57,474 bases of DNA from Thermoleophilia bacterium (GTDB lineage: Bacteria; Actinomycetota; Thermoleophilia; UBA2241), in assembly GCA_016933475.1 (NCBI GenBank), contig JAFGAW010000279.1, positions 1 to 57,474 of the forward strand, given 5' to 3'. The notes under the pieces were generated by a model. The model ran no database searches. It worked only from the letters and a program-made list of their open reading frames with translations, and was not told the DNA's origin. Positions 19,834 through 29,439 of this stretch are shown here, piece by piece. The position numbers and the translations under genes are program-made. Numbering within the stretch: position 1 is the stretch's first letter; each line of letters starts with the position of its first letter.

Positions 19834-20001
19834 GATCGGGCCGCGGCTGCACCGCCTCGTCCGTGAGCCGCCCCGTGGCTCGCAGGGGCCGGCCCGGCGG
19901 AGCACAGGCTCGCAAGACGGAGCACGGGCGGGCCGGGACAGGGTGCATGACGACAGAGACGAGCCGCTGGGGCGGGGCAGAGGCCGAGGCTGGGCGCATG
20001 T

Positions 20002-20039
20002 CGAGGGGGCGGGGAGCCTCTCGGCTCCCCGCCCCCTCG
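20002..20039. terminator. Perfect 17-bp stem hairpin between convergent fetB and pilin operon
   Basis: CGAGGGGGCGGGGAGCC-tctc-GGCTCCCCGCCCCCTCG. Confidence 0.75.
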
Positions 20040-20067
20040 TTCGATCTACGCCCGTCCTTTGCGACTC

Positions 20068-21228
20068 CTACTGCGGCTGGACCTCGCGCCACGTGTTGGG
20101 CACCCGCCGCGTCGCCGATGGGAACCGGTTGTCGAGGTTGGTGATGCAGTTGTCGTTGTAGCGGATGTCGGGCGTTCCCCGGAGCCCGTAGTCGGTGTTG
20201 ACCACGCACATGCCGTGGATGTCCGCCGTGCCGCGCGAAAAGTCGCATGTACCCTCGACGTAGATGACGCCGTAGAACTGCGCCGTGCCTCGCCAGTCAA
20301 GTGTGCTGCCACCGAGGACCATGAAGATGCCCGGCTGCTCCTCGGTGTTGAGCGTGGCACCGCCGGCGGCGACGATGGTCGTAGGCGTCGGGGGCTCGAT
20401 CACGCAGAGGCCACTGAGGCCGCCCCACGGGCTCCACACCGGGTCGACCGGGCTGTTCTCGGCGTCGTCGTACGACGTGAAGTAGCGGCCGTTGGCCTGC
20501 GCGGTCAGCTTGAGGGCGTCGACCAGCGTCTGGGGGAAGACCTCCTCGAGAGGGCTGATGTCGCCCCCCGTCACCTGGGCGATGCCCGGCTGCGTCACGG
20601 TGCCGACGCCATTGACGCTGATGTCCCCGCCGACATGGATCGTCGTGGTCGTGCCTTCTGGCGGAGCGACCTCGACGACGATCTTCGGCTGCACACCGAG
20701 GCTCTCGAGGTCGCCGCCGGCCCACAGCGGGATGCCGCGCGGCAGCGCCATCGTGAACCACGTGCGCTCGACCAAGGTGAGCACACGTGTCGACTGCGAG
20801 CCGACGCCAGCCTGCGAGACCAGCCACATGATGCCGTTGTCGTTCGAATCCCAGTGGACGTCCGGGTCCTCCGGGCTGAGGTCGTCGTACCAGTCCACGG
20901 CGATGAACTGGCCGCCGTCCGGGTCTGGGAAATCGTCGGTCGCGAACCGCTCCCTGAACGCCGCGGTATCGAAGGCGGCCGTACTGTCGACGGACACCGG
21001 CCAGCTCCCCGTGAGGAAGGCCATCCCGGATTCGAGACCCGCCTCGCACACCGCGAACGATTTCGTCTTCAGGCGCGTCTGAGAGGTGTTGTGCTGCACG
21101 TTGCCCGTGAACGTCACAATGGCGGCGGCCGAGACGGCGAGCGCCGCGACGACGCTGATGATGACGACCAGCCCCGCCCCCCGCTGGCGACGGGCCGCGG
21201 CCCCAGTGCCCCGGTTCGATGCTCTCAT
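20068..21228 (-). CDS. PilX/GspK-like minor type IV pilin
   Basis: Basic leader RRQRG|AGLVVIIS with no Glu5, followed by a hydrophobic helix and the PilX-like SFAVCEAG motif. Alternative start at 21297. Confidence 0.75.
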   Translation of the reverse strand: MRASNRGTGAAARRQRGAGLVVIISVVAALAVSAAAIVTFTGNVQHNTSQTRLKTKSFAVCEAGLESGMAFLTGSWPVSVDSTAAFDTAAFRERFATDDFPDPDGGQFIAVDWYDDLSPEDPDVHWDSNDNGIMWLVSQAGVGSQSTRVLTLVERTWFTMALPRGIPLWAGGDLESLGVQPKIVVEVAPPEGTTTTIHVGGDISVNGVGTVTQPGIAQVTGGDISPLEEVFPQTLVDALKLTAQANGRYFTSYDDAENSPVDPVWSPWGGLSGLCVIEPPTPTTIVAAGGATLNTEEQPGIFMVLGGSTLDWRGTAQFYGVIYVEGTCDFSRGTADIHGMCVVNTDYGLRGTPDIRYNDNCITNLDNRFPSATRRVPNTWREVQPQ

Positions 21229-21313
21229 CGCTCTCTCACCTCCACGGGGGCGTCGCCCTCGGTGGTGCCTGACTCGGTCGCCCGACTGACTCCGCATCCG
21301 TCATCCTCCTCGC

Positions 21314-22090
21314 TCACCGGGTGTTGCGCAGCTGCGCCGTCGCACGCAGATGCGTGTAGACCGGCGACTTGCCCGGGTTCATGTCGAGCAGCAGGTTGAT
21401 CTCGACCGCCCTGATCTGCGCCCGCACCGAGGTGCCGCGAACATCGACGGCAGTCTCGAAGGTGCCGTCGTCGTCGTAGCTCGCGTACGTGAACAGGGCG
21501 GTCGGCGAGGCCGTGCTCGGATTCGAGCTGTTGACCACGTTCTCGACCATCAGCTGCGCGCCCTCACCGGTGGTACGTTCGTCGAGCGGGAAGCTGATGG
21601 TGGGCCACGACTCAAGCGTGATGTTCACGCCGGCAATGCTGCCACTGCCGTCGGCGTCGTGGAAGCGCCACAGCTCCCCGTTGGAGTAGAGGCGGTACAT
21701 CACCAGGCGCGGCGGCGTGTCCGCCGACGTGTTGCCCGCTTCGTTGAAGGTAGTGAACAACACGACGTAGTAGGGGCGGGCGCGCACTATGCCCCCCTCG
21801 GCAATCGCCGGCGGCGGCTGCTCGACGTCGCGGATCTCACGTACCATGCGCGCTGTGGTGATCCGCGCCCAGTCGCCGGTCTTGCCGCGCTTGGTGGTGT
21901 TCGCGTACGAGCCAGAGAGCGCGAACCAGCTCACCAGGATGAGGCTGCTGATCACCAGGCTGATGGTCATGGCCGCGAGGAGCTCGATAAGCGTGATGCC
22001 CCGCTGGCTGCGGCTCCGCCCACGTCCGCGCGTCCGGTCTCTCCCGCTCGCTCCCGTCATCGTCGGACCTCGCTGTCGCTGGCTCATCAT
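21314..22090 (-). CDS. PilW/GspJ-like minor type IV pilin
   Basis: Prepilin site SQRG|ITLIELLAAM, RMVREIR motif, C-terminal AQLRN. Confidence 0.82.
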   Translation of the reverse strand: MMSQRQRGPTMTGASGRDRTRGRGRSRSQRGITLIELLAAMTISLVISSLILVSWFALSGSYANTTKRGKTGDWARITTARMVREIRDVEQPPPAIAEGGIVRARPYYVVLFTTFNEAGNTSADTPPRLVMYRLYSNGELWRFHDADGSGSIAGVNITLESWPTISFPLDERTTGEGAQLMVENVVNSSNPSTASPTALFTYASYDDDGTFETAVDVRGTSVRAQIRAVEINLLLDMNPGKSPVYTHLRATAQLRNTR

Positions 22091-23784
22091 GGGTACGCCG
22101 TCGTGCCGTTGCCGCTGCTGAGATCGATGGCCCTCGTGATCGCCACGTCGCTCCACGAGCTCGAGGTCGAGAAGTAGACGTTGTAGACCCCGGCCGGCAG
22201 ATCGCTCCAGGTGATGCTGTTGTTTCTCTTCAGCCACACACCGCTTGGGAGCGTCGGAGAAGAGGCGCCGCTGGTCCCGTACCAGAGCAGGGTCGTAGCG
22301 TGCTGCACCCAGACTCGAACCTGGTTGTTGGAGCTGTTGTTCGTCGCGGTGAACGTGCGCAAGGGCTGGACTCCAGTGCTCGCCGCCGCCGGGCCGGCCC
22401 ATGCCGACGCGTTGCCGACCAGGTCGACCGCGTTCACGCGGTAGTACCACGTGCTCGACCAGCCGGCGTTCGTGTCGTCGTAGTCGAGCGCCAGGATCAG
22501 ACTCGCGATCTGTGTCCAATCCGTGGCACCGTTGGGGCTGCGCTCGACGACGTAGCCCGCAAGCCCCACAGCGGGGTTGCCGGTGTCTATCGACTCACCC
22601 CATGTGAGCTGGATCGTCGGCTGATTGCTCAAGGCCGCCGCCGAGAGCGGCACCGGGACGCTCGGTGGCGCCGAGTCGCCGGCGACATCGGGGGTCGCCG
22701 CAACGGCCTCGGTGAAGACGCTGCTCAGACCCTCGGTATCGACCGTGAGGACCCTGTAATAGTAGGTCGTGCCGTTGCTCACGGCCGTGTCGGTGTAGCT
22801 CTCGGCCGGTGCGTCGTCCAGCTTGGCGTAGTTCACCGCGTCGGTCGAGCGCCACACCTCGTAGTGGGAGAGGTCGCCGATGGCGGGGGTCACCCAGGTG
22901 AGGAAGACGGCGCCGTCACCCGAGAGAACGGACAGGTTCGTCGGTGGCGACGGCTGGTTGCTGTGGTACCACATCGCGATCGACACCGGGGCGCCCTGGG
23001 TGCGTGAGCCGAAACCGGCTACGGCGACCGCCTGGAAGATGTAGGCGCCATCGGCGGCGGTCGAGTTGTCCCAGGTGGCTTGGTAGTGTCCCGGCTCGCC
23101 AGCGCTGACCGGCGAGTCGACCTTATGGGAGGCGACCACGGTGCCGTTGAGGCTGGTCACCGTGAACAGAACGTAGCCCCGGTTCTCCTCGGAGGCGTCC
23201 TGGTTCATGCTCAGGATATCGTCGGGCAAGAGATAGGCGTCGAGCACCACGGGTCCGGACACGATGCTGTAGGAGCTGCCGTCCTCCACGAGGATGTTCG
23301 GGGGTCCGATCTCGAAGCGCACGATCTGCGGCCCGGCGTACTGCTTCGACACCATCGTGCTGAGCACGACGGGCTTCGGCGTCGGCGGCGCCGTCCAGGT
23401 CACCGTCACGGTGACCTGCTTGTGCGACTCCGTGCCTTCCGCGGAGCCCTCGGGCAGCAGGTCGACCTGATACGCGACCGTGAACGCACGCTGGTTCCCT
23501 CCGCCGGTGGCCCACTGCACGGAGGTCCCGAACTGGCCACCCATGAAGGTGCCGCTGTCGAGGTTAGCCTGCTCGATCAGGTCGTAGTCGAGGGCGCGGA
23601 TCTTCTCGAGCTTGTCCTGTGCAAGCTGCAGCGCGGAGTTGCGCAGCTGGTCCCCCGCCACGGCGCTCTGAGTGCCCAGGAAGACCGGCACCATCGCCGC
23701 AAAGACGATGCCGGCAATGATGATGGTGACGAGCAGCTCGACGAAGCTGAAGCCCGCTTCGCGCCGTCGGTGAACCCTGTCCAT
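22087..23784 (-). CDS. PilV/GspI-like large modular minor pilin with two fibronectin type III domains
   Basis: EAG|FSFVELLV prepilin site and ALQLAQDKLEKIR. FN3 motifs PSPPTNL..LTW..YEVWRS..YTDTAVSNGTTYYYRV and a second repeat. Confidence 0.85.
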   Translation of the reverse strand: MDRVHRRREAGFSFVELLVTIIIAGIVFAAMVPVFLGTQSAVAGDQLRNSALQLAQDKLEKIRALDYDLIEQANLDSGTFMGGQFGTSVQWATGGGNQRAFTVAYQVDLLPEGSAEGTESHKQVTVTVTWTAPPTPKPVVLSTMVSKQYAGPQIVRFEIGPPNILVEDGSSYSIVSGPVVLDAYLLPDDILSMNQDASEENRGYVLFTVTSLNGTVVASHKVDSPVSAGEPGHYQATWDNSTAADGAYIFQAVAVAGFGSRTQGAPVSIAMWYHSNQPSPPTNLSVLSGDGAVFLTWVTPAIGDLSHYEVWRSTDAVNYAKLDDAPAESYTDTAVSNGTTYYYRVLTVDTEGLSSVFTEAVAATPDVAGDSAPPSVPVPLSAAALSNQPTIQLTWGESIDTGNPAVGLAGYVVERSPNGATDWTQIASLILALDYDDTNAGWSSTWYYRVNAVDLVGNASAWAGPAAASTGVQPLRTFTATNNSSNNQVRVWVQHATTLLWYGTSGASSPTLPSGVWLKRNNSITWSDLPAGVYNVYFSTSSSWSDVAITRAIDLSSGNGTTAYP

Positions 23785-23821
23785 GGCATGCCTCCGAGGT
23801 GCGTCGATACGCCTGATGGTT

Positions 23822-23849
23822 GTATCGGTCCCGCCGGAAGCAGGCTTGA
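23822..23849 (-). promoter_or_regulatory. Putative sigma28 (WhiG/FliA-type) promoter of the pilin operon
   Basis: TCAA-N16-ACCGATAC, ending 37 nt upstream of the ATG at 23784. Confidence 0.6.
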
Positions 23850-23961
23850 CGTTGACGCGGAGGCGTGATGACACGGCTGTGAGCCCGCCTAGGCTCGCGA
23901 GAGCCGGGTGTCGCCGGGCTTGGCGACGCTTTCGCCGTCGTCAGGCCGGGAATGGGCGGGG

Positions 23962-24123
23962 ATGGCCGCGCTACTGGAGGGACTGGAGCTGCTGGAGGGT
24001 CTGCTCCAGGGCGTCCAGCTGACGGCCATCTCTGCCGCCGCGAGGCGGACCGAGCATGGCCGCGCTACTGGAGGGACTGGAGCTGCTGGAGGGTCTGCTC
24101 CAGGGCGTCCAGCTGACGGCCAT
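23962..24123. repeat. 68-bp perfect direct repeat (23962-24029 and 24056-24123) duplicating the 3' end of the UPF0182 gene
   Basis: Both copies read ATGGCCGCGCTACTGGAGG...CAGCTGACGGCCAT. The unit ends are the inverted 7-mers ATGGCCG/CGGCCAT. Confidence 0.95.
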
Positions 24124-26971
24124 ACTCTGCCCAGTCCCCCACCCTCTGCGCCTCGAGCGCCGCGTCGTACTGCTGGTTGGCCTGCTCGATGAGCTGGGTG
24201 ACGGTGGCCGTCGCGCCGGGTGGCGTCTCGCCGGGGGCTTCACCGTCGGGCGCTTCACCGTCGGGCTGCTCGCCGTCGACCGGGCCGCCCACGGCCTCCT
24301 GGCCCTCCTCGGGCAGTGTGCCGAAGATGTCGGTGAGCGCCTCGCCCAGCGTGTTCTGCATGCTCACCGACTGGGAGGCCTGCACGCCCTCGGCCGCCGG
24401 CGCGCGGTAGAAGACGATGACGCGCTTGAGCTGCGGCAGCCGGGTCGACTCGGCCTCCAGGTAAAGCGGCTGCACGTAGAGGATCGAGTCGGCGACGGGC
24501 ACGACCAGCAGGTTGCCCATGATCACGTTGGAGCCCTGCTGGTTCCAGAGCGTGCGCTGGGCCGAGATTGCCGGGTCGGCGTTGATCGTCGCCTCGACTT
24601 GGCTGGGCCCGAACTGGGTGATCCCCTCGGGGAAGACGTAGTTGATCGAGGTGCCGTAATTGGGCGTATCGGAGCGGGCTCCGAGCCACGCCACCATGTT
24701 CGGCCGCTCGTTCGGGTTGAACGGGATGATCTGCAGGTACTCGTCGCGGTCTTCGTCGGGCAAGCGCATGATGACGTAGTAGCCGCGCATACGCCCCTCG
24801 CCGCCCATCTCCTCGAGCACGGGAATCTGCCACTGGTCGCCCTTGTTGTAGAGCACGTCGGGGCTCTCCACGTGGTACGTCGTCCAAGCCTCGGCCTGGA
24901 CGTTGAAGAGGTCTTCGGGGTAACGCACGTGGCTCATCAGGTCGGCGGACATCTCGTCCCGCGACACGAAGAGATCGGGGAAGACGGCACGATATGCCTT
25001 AAGGACCGGATCCTCATCGTCGAAGACGTGGAACCTCACCGAGCCGTCATAGGCGTCGACCACGACCTTCACCGAGTTGCGCACGTAGTTGGCGAGGCCG
25101 GTCGGCTGCGAGTACGGGAACCGCTCGGTGGTCGTGTAGGCATCGATGATCCAGACGAGGCGGCCTTCGGAGATGACCATGTAAGGGTCGTTGTCGTAGG
25201 TGAGGAAAGGCGCCAGGCGCTCGACGCGGCTCATGATGTCGTTACGGATGATGATGCGGCTGTCGTCGCGGATCGCCGAGGTGGTGAAGAACTTGATGGT
25301 GCCGAAGTTCCAGCCGAAGGCGAGCCGCCGAAGGAAGGGCGAGATCTCGATGCCGCCGGTGCCCTCGTACTCGGTGAAGACGTCGCCCGCCGACCCCGGG
25401 TAGTCGAACTCGCGCTCGGTCGTGCGCACGAGCTTGTAGTCGGCCGGCGTCTCGCCGAAGTAGATGCGCGGCTGCTCGATCTCGAGGCCCTCGACGGCGC
25501 GCGCCGGGACGTCCTGGATGAGGAAGTCGGGCGAGCCGTCGGCAAGGACCTGGTTCACCGCCGACATCGCCACACCGAAGCCGTGCGTGTAGGTGATGTG
25601 CTCGTTGACCCAGGTGCGCGCCTGTGGCGGCAGGCCCTCGAGGTTCAGTTCACGCGCGGCCAGCATCGTCTGGCGGTAGACGCCGTCGATGGTGTAGCGA
25701 TCGATGTCGACGTTGAGGAACGCGTAGTAGGGGCGCAGCTGCTGGAGTTGTGTGTAGCTGCGCCGCAGGGTCTCCGGGTCCCAGAGGCGGATGTTGCGCA
25801 GGGTGCCGGGGTCGTCGGCCAGGTCCTGGGAGTCGAGACGGCGCGCCGCAGGGAAGTCCTTCTGCTCGATGATGTCGAGGTTGAAGGCCGCGCGAGTGGC
25901 CTCGAGGTTACGCGTGATGTAGGGCCGCTCCCGGGCGAGCTCGTTGGGGTTGACGACCAACTGCTGCACGATCGCCGGCACGGCGCCACGAAGCACGACG
26001 AGGGCGACGACCCACACGGCCAGGGCGATGACCGGCCACAACTGACGCCGGCGCCAGACGTTGACGACGAGCAGCACCGCGAGGGCGAGGGCCAGCACGA
26101 GGGTGATGCGCGCCACGGGCAGCCGCACGTTGACGTCGGTCCAGGTCGCACCGAAGACGACGCCGCCCGGGCTGACGAGCAGATCCCAGGCCTTGAAGAG
26201 CTGGCCGACGCCGACGAGGGCGAAGACGGCGGCGAAGAGGGCCGACAGGTGGGCGACCGCGCGCCCGCCGAGCTTGATGTCGACGTTCGGGCGCTGGGGC
26301 GCAGCGACTGGGCCGTCGGCCGGCCGCGCCCTGCCCGCGTCGACGGTGTACTCGATGCCGCCCAGCACCAGGTGGACGATGCCGGCGGCGATGATGGCGG
26401 CCACGACGGCGCCGATCAGCAAGGTGAGAGCCGCCTGCAGCGCAGGCAGGCTGAAGACGTAGAAGGCGACGTCACGGCCGAACTGGGGGTCTGTCGCGCC
26501 CCACTCGTCGGCGCGCCACGCCAGAGCGTAGACCAGCCAGTCGGCGGACACGGAGTACCCGACCACCGCGCCGACGACGAGGGCGACCGCAGGCCCCGCC
26601 CGGCGAACGAGCTTCTTGAGCCGTTCGTCGCCGGGCTCGAGCAGGTCGCCCTCCTCGCTGACCCGTGGGTAGTCGGGAGCGAGCCGGCGGGCGATTTCGA
26701 TGTTGAGGTAGACGATGGCGAAGAAGAAGACGCCCACGACGAGCGCGACCACGACACGCCACGAGATCGCCGTCCAGAAGACCGCCCGCTGCCCGACCTC
26801 GTCGAACCAGAGCCAGTCGATGTAGAGGCCGACGAGGCGGCTCAGGAGGAAGACGCCGACCACGAGGACTGCGACGACGGCACCGAGGACCAGGCGTCTG
26901 CGGCGATCGCGCGCACTCGTGGCGCTCTTCTTGGGCCGGCCCCGCGGGGGGAAGTCGTGTACGGTCGCCAC
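24065..26971 (-). CDS. UPF0182 family membrane protein
   Basis: YIDWLWF, DPQFGRDVAFYVFSLP, RNIRLWD, TYTHGFG, NYVRNSVKVVVDAYDG, LYVQPLYL. GTG start 6 nt after TGnCATAAT. Confidence 0.95.
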   Translation of the reverse strand: MATVHDFPPRGRPKKSATSARDRRRRLVLGAVVAVLVVGVFLLSRLVGLYIDWLWFDEVGQRAVFWTAISWRVVVALVVGVFFFAIVYLNIEIARRLAPDYPRVSEEGDLLEPGDERLKKLVRRAGPAVALVVGAVVGYSVSADWLVYALAWRADEWGATDPQFGRDVAFYVFSLPALQAALTLLIGAVVAAIIAAGIVHLVLGGIEYTVDAGRARPADGPVAAPQRPNVDIKLGGRAVAHLSALFAAVFALVGVGQLFKAWDLLVSPGGVVFGATWTDVNVRLPVARITLVLALALAVLLVVNVWRRRQLWPVIALAVWVVALVVLRGAVPAIVQQLVVNPNELARERPYITRNLEATRAAFNLDIIEQKDFPAARRLDSQDLADDPGTLRNIRLWDPETLRRSYTQLQQLRPYYAFLNVDIDRYTIDGVYRQTMLAARELNLEGLPPQARTWVNEHITYTHGFGVAMSAVNQVLADGSPDFLIQDVPARAVEGLEIEQPRIYFGETPADYKLVRTTEREFDYPGSAGDVFTEYEGTGGIEISPFLRRLAFGWNFGTIKFFTTSAIRDDSRIIIRNDIMSRVERLAPFLTYDNDPYMVISEGRLVWIIDAYTTTERFPYSQPTGLANYVRNSVKVVVDAYDGSVRFHVFDDEDPVLKAYRAVFPDLFVSRDEMSADLMSHVRYPEDLFNVQAEAWTTYHVESPDVLYNKGDQWQIPVLEEMGGEGRMRGYYVIMRLPDEDRDEYLQIIPFNPNERPNMVAWLGARSDTPNYGTSINYVFPEGITQFGPSQVEATINADPAISAQRTLWNQQGSNVIMGNLLVVPVADSILYVQPLYLEAESTRLPQLKRVIVFYRAPAAEGVQASQSVSMQNTLGEALTDIFGTLPEEGQEAVGGPVDGEQPDGEAPDGEAPGETPPGATATVTQLIEQANQQYDAALEAQRVGDWAEYGRQLDALEQTLQQLQSLQ

Positions 26972-27116
26972 CTCCCCATTATGCCAGACTCCGGCTGATC
27001 TCAAGCCTTGGGGTCATCGGTGAGGGCTCGCGGGCCGCAGAGAACCGGGCCGCGGCGGTGGATCGGACGGCGGCGCAGCGGCCTGCGGCGATACAGCCCG
27101 CGGCAGCCGCGGGGCG

Positions 27117-29171
27117 CTACTGCGAGTCGACCTCCGCGGTGCGCACCATGCTGGTGAAGCGCTGCACCATGCGCGGGTCGTACTCGCGTGAGGCCTCGCC
27201 CCGCAGGCGGTCGAGGCCGGTCCCGTTGCCCTCGTGGAACCCGCGACAGACCGCGAACGCGCGCGCCACCCGCGGGATCGCGACACCCCGGCGACCCTCG
27301 GGGTAGCCTCCACCGTCCCAGCGCTCGCTGCCGTACAGGAGCGCGTCGAAGGCGTTCTGGCGGACCTCGTCGGCCGCCGGCCCGGGCTCGGCCACGGTCT
27401 CGCCGAGGATCGTCTGGACCTCGTCACTCACCCGCCCGCCCGATTCGTAGACGGCCAGAGCGGTGATGAGCCCCGCCGCCTCCTCGTCGGAGAGCCCGAG
27501 GCGGTCGGCGAAGCGACGCCCGAGCGCCACGAGGTCGCCGTCGAGAGCCGAGACGGCCGCCGTCTTGTCCTCGCTGAACAGGCAGACGCGGTTGCGCCCG
27601 CGGGCCTTGGCACGCAGCAGGGCCGCGTCGGCCGCGCCGAGCACTCCGTCGGTGTCGCGGGCCGACTCCGGGAACGACGCCACGCCGACCGATACGGTGA
27701 CGCGGAGGTCGCGCCCGCCGACGCCGACGGCGGCGACCTCGGCGCGCACACGCTCGGCCACGACCTGGGCCTCGGAGAGGCTCGTCTTCGGCAGGATCAT
27801 GACGAACTCCTCGCCCCCGTAGCGGGCAAGGTAGTCAGACTCGCGCGAGCAGCGCTTGAGCGCCGCGGCCACCTCACGCAGCACGTCGTCACCCTTCTGG
27901 TGCCCGATCGTGTCGTTCACGGCCTTGAAGTGGTCGAGGTCCATCATCAGCAGGCAGAAGGTCTCGCCGTAGCGCTCGGCCCGGCTGACGGCGGCGCGGA
28001 GCTCGTCCTGGAAGTGGCGGTAGTTGTGCAGCCCGGTCAGCCCGTCGCTGATCGCCTGCCGCTCCATCTCCTCGTAGCTCAGGGCGTTCTGGATGGCGAT
28101 TGCGGCGAAGTTGGCGAACAGCCTCACCGTCTCGAGCTCGTGCTCTTCGAAGACCCGACCGAAGAGCCGGTCGACGGTGAGGACCCCGGTGACCTTGCCG
28201 CGCACGTTGAGCGGCACGACGATCGACGCCTGCGGCTCCATCTCCGTGCCGGGGACGACGACGCCGCGCGGGTCTTTGGTCATGTCGTTGACGAGCTGGG
28301 CCTCGTTGTGGCTCACGACCCACCCGGTGACGCCTACGTCAAGCGGGCTCCTGAAATCGAGCATCACCTCGGCGTTCTCGTCGCGCGCGTAGATCGGGAC
28401 CAGTTCGTTGCGGGCCTCGTCGACCAGCCGGATGTCCATGGTGTCGAAGTCGACGATGCCTTTGAGCATGGTCGTGAGCTGCGGCAGGACGCTCTCCTGG
28501 TCGAGGGTGGAGAGCAGGACCGTGCTGAGATCGTGGAGGTCGTGCCACAGGGCGAGCTGGCGGGCGAGCTCGGCGCTCGTCTTCTCGAGCTCTTCCCACT
28601 GGCGGGCGTTCTCGATCGCCATCGCCGCGTGAGCCGCGAACACGTCGAGCGACTTGACCAGCTCGAGCGAGGGCTGGGCGCGGTCGACGGGGTCGTACAG
28701 GTCGAGCACCCCGAGCAGGCAATGGTGTTTGTCGAACAGTGGCAGGAACAGTGCATCCTCGGGGTGGAACTCGTCGTCCTGGCGCTCGCCGAGGTCGAGG
28801 GACGGGAGGTAGTGGAGCTGCTCGGGAGTCCAGTCGTGGCGCCGGTGATCGACGTAGAAGGACGAGCCCATCTGGAACTTCTCGAGCAGGAGCTCGTCCC
28901 AGATGCGCTGCGGGACCGGCCGCGAGAAGACGAGCTCGTCGTAGTCGGGCCGCTCGCTCACCGTCCCCAAGGCGCGGAACTCATCGGACCCCGGCTCGCG
29001 CAGGTAGAGGGTCGCCTCGCGGAAGCCGAAGGTCTCGGAGACGGCGGTGACGATGACGCGCACGACCTCGTGCAGCTCGAGGCTGCTCTGCAGATCGTTG
29101 GCGAGCTTGATGAGGCTGCGCAGCAGTTCGAGCTCGCCACGCTCGGACTTGCGGCTCTTCGCACCGAACAC
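27117..29171 (-). CDS. GAF-GAF-GGDEF diguanylate cyclase with degenerate HD-GYP-like C-terminus
   Basis: Two GAF domains, DGLTGLHN, DLDHFKAVND, RESD I-site and RYGGEEF. Tail contains ERWDGGGYPEG but no HD/HH ligands. Confidence 0.9.
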   Translation of the reverse strand: MFGAKSRKSERGELELLRSLIKLANDLQSSLELHEVVRVIVTAVSETFGFREATLYLREPGSDEFRALGTVSERPDYDELVFSRPVPQRIWDELLLEKFQMGSSFYVDHRRHDWTPEQLHYLPSLDLGERQDDEFHPEDALFLPLFDKHHCLLGVLDLYDPVDRAQPSLELVKSLDVFAAHAAMAIENARQWEELEKTSAELARQLALWHDLHDLSTVLLSTLDQESVLPQLTTMLKGIVDFDTMDIRLVDEARNELVPIYARDENAEVMLDFRSPLDVGVTGWVVSHNEAQLVNDMTKDPRGVVVPGTEMEPQASIVVPLNVRGKVTGVLTVDRLFGRVFEEHELETVRLFANFAAIAIQNALSYEEMERQAISDGLTGLHNYRHFQDELRAAVSRAERYGETFCLLMMDLDHFKAVNDTIGHQKGDDVLREVAAALKRCSRESDYLARYGGEEFVMILPKTSLSEAQVVAERVRAEVAAVGVGGRDLRVTVSVGVASFPESARDTDGVLGAADAALLRAKARGRNRVCLFSEDKTAAVSALDGDLVALGRRFADRLGLSDEEAAGLITALAVYESGGRVSDEVQTILGETVAEPGPAADEVRQNAFDALLYGSERWDGGGYPEGRRGVAIPRVARAFAVCRGFHEGNGTGLDRLRGEASREYDPRMVQRFTSMVRTAEVDSQ

Positions 29172-29268
29172 GTCGTACCCTCTCTCCCCGTGCCGCCGCC
29201 CGCGACCCCACCCCGTCTAGTTTACCCGCAGGGGAGGCGGGGACGGTGACTGGTTCTCTCACGTCATA

Positions 29269-29296
29269 TTGTCGACGGCTGGGTGGTGCAGCTTAA
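29269..29296 (-). promoter_or_regulatory. Putative sigma28-type promoter of the diguanylate cyclase
   Basis: TTAA-N16-GTCGACAA, same spacing as the other two candidates. Confidence 0.45.
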
Positions 29297-29439
29297 CGTG
29301 GCCGAGGCCTGATGTGTGTGTCGGCGCGCAGGTACGCCCGGCGTGGACACGCGAGCGGCGAGTGGGCGGGGCAGTCGGCGGCCGCTGTCAGGGGAGCGGG
29401 GGGGCGGCGCTCCGGTCGCCGCCGCACCCCGCCGACGCG

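Noticed and set aside
17025-24123. tRNA-anchored genomic island ending at the 68-bp repeat
   Set aside because: No integrase, no duplicated tRNA 3' end, and the repeat copies are only 26 bp apart.
23971-24258. 95-aa ORF ending in the same residues as UPF0182
   Set aside because: A by-product of the 68-bp duplication read in another frame, with low-complexity sequence.
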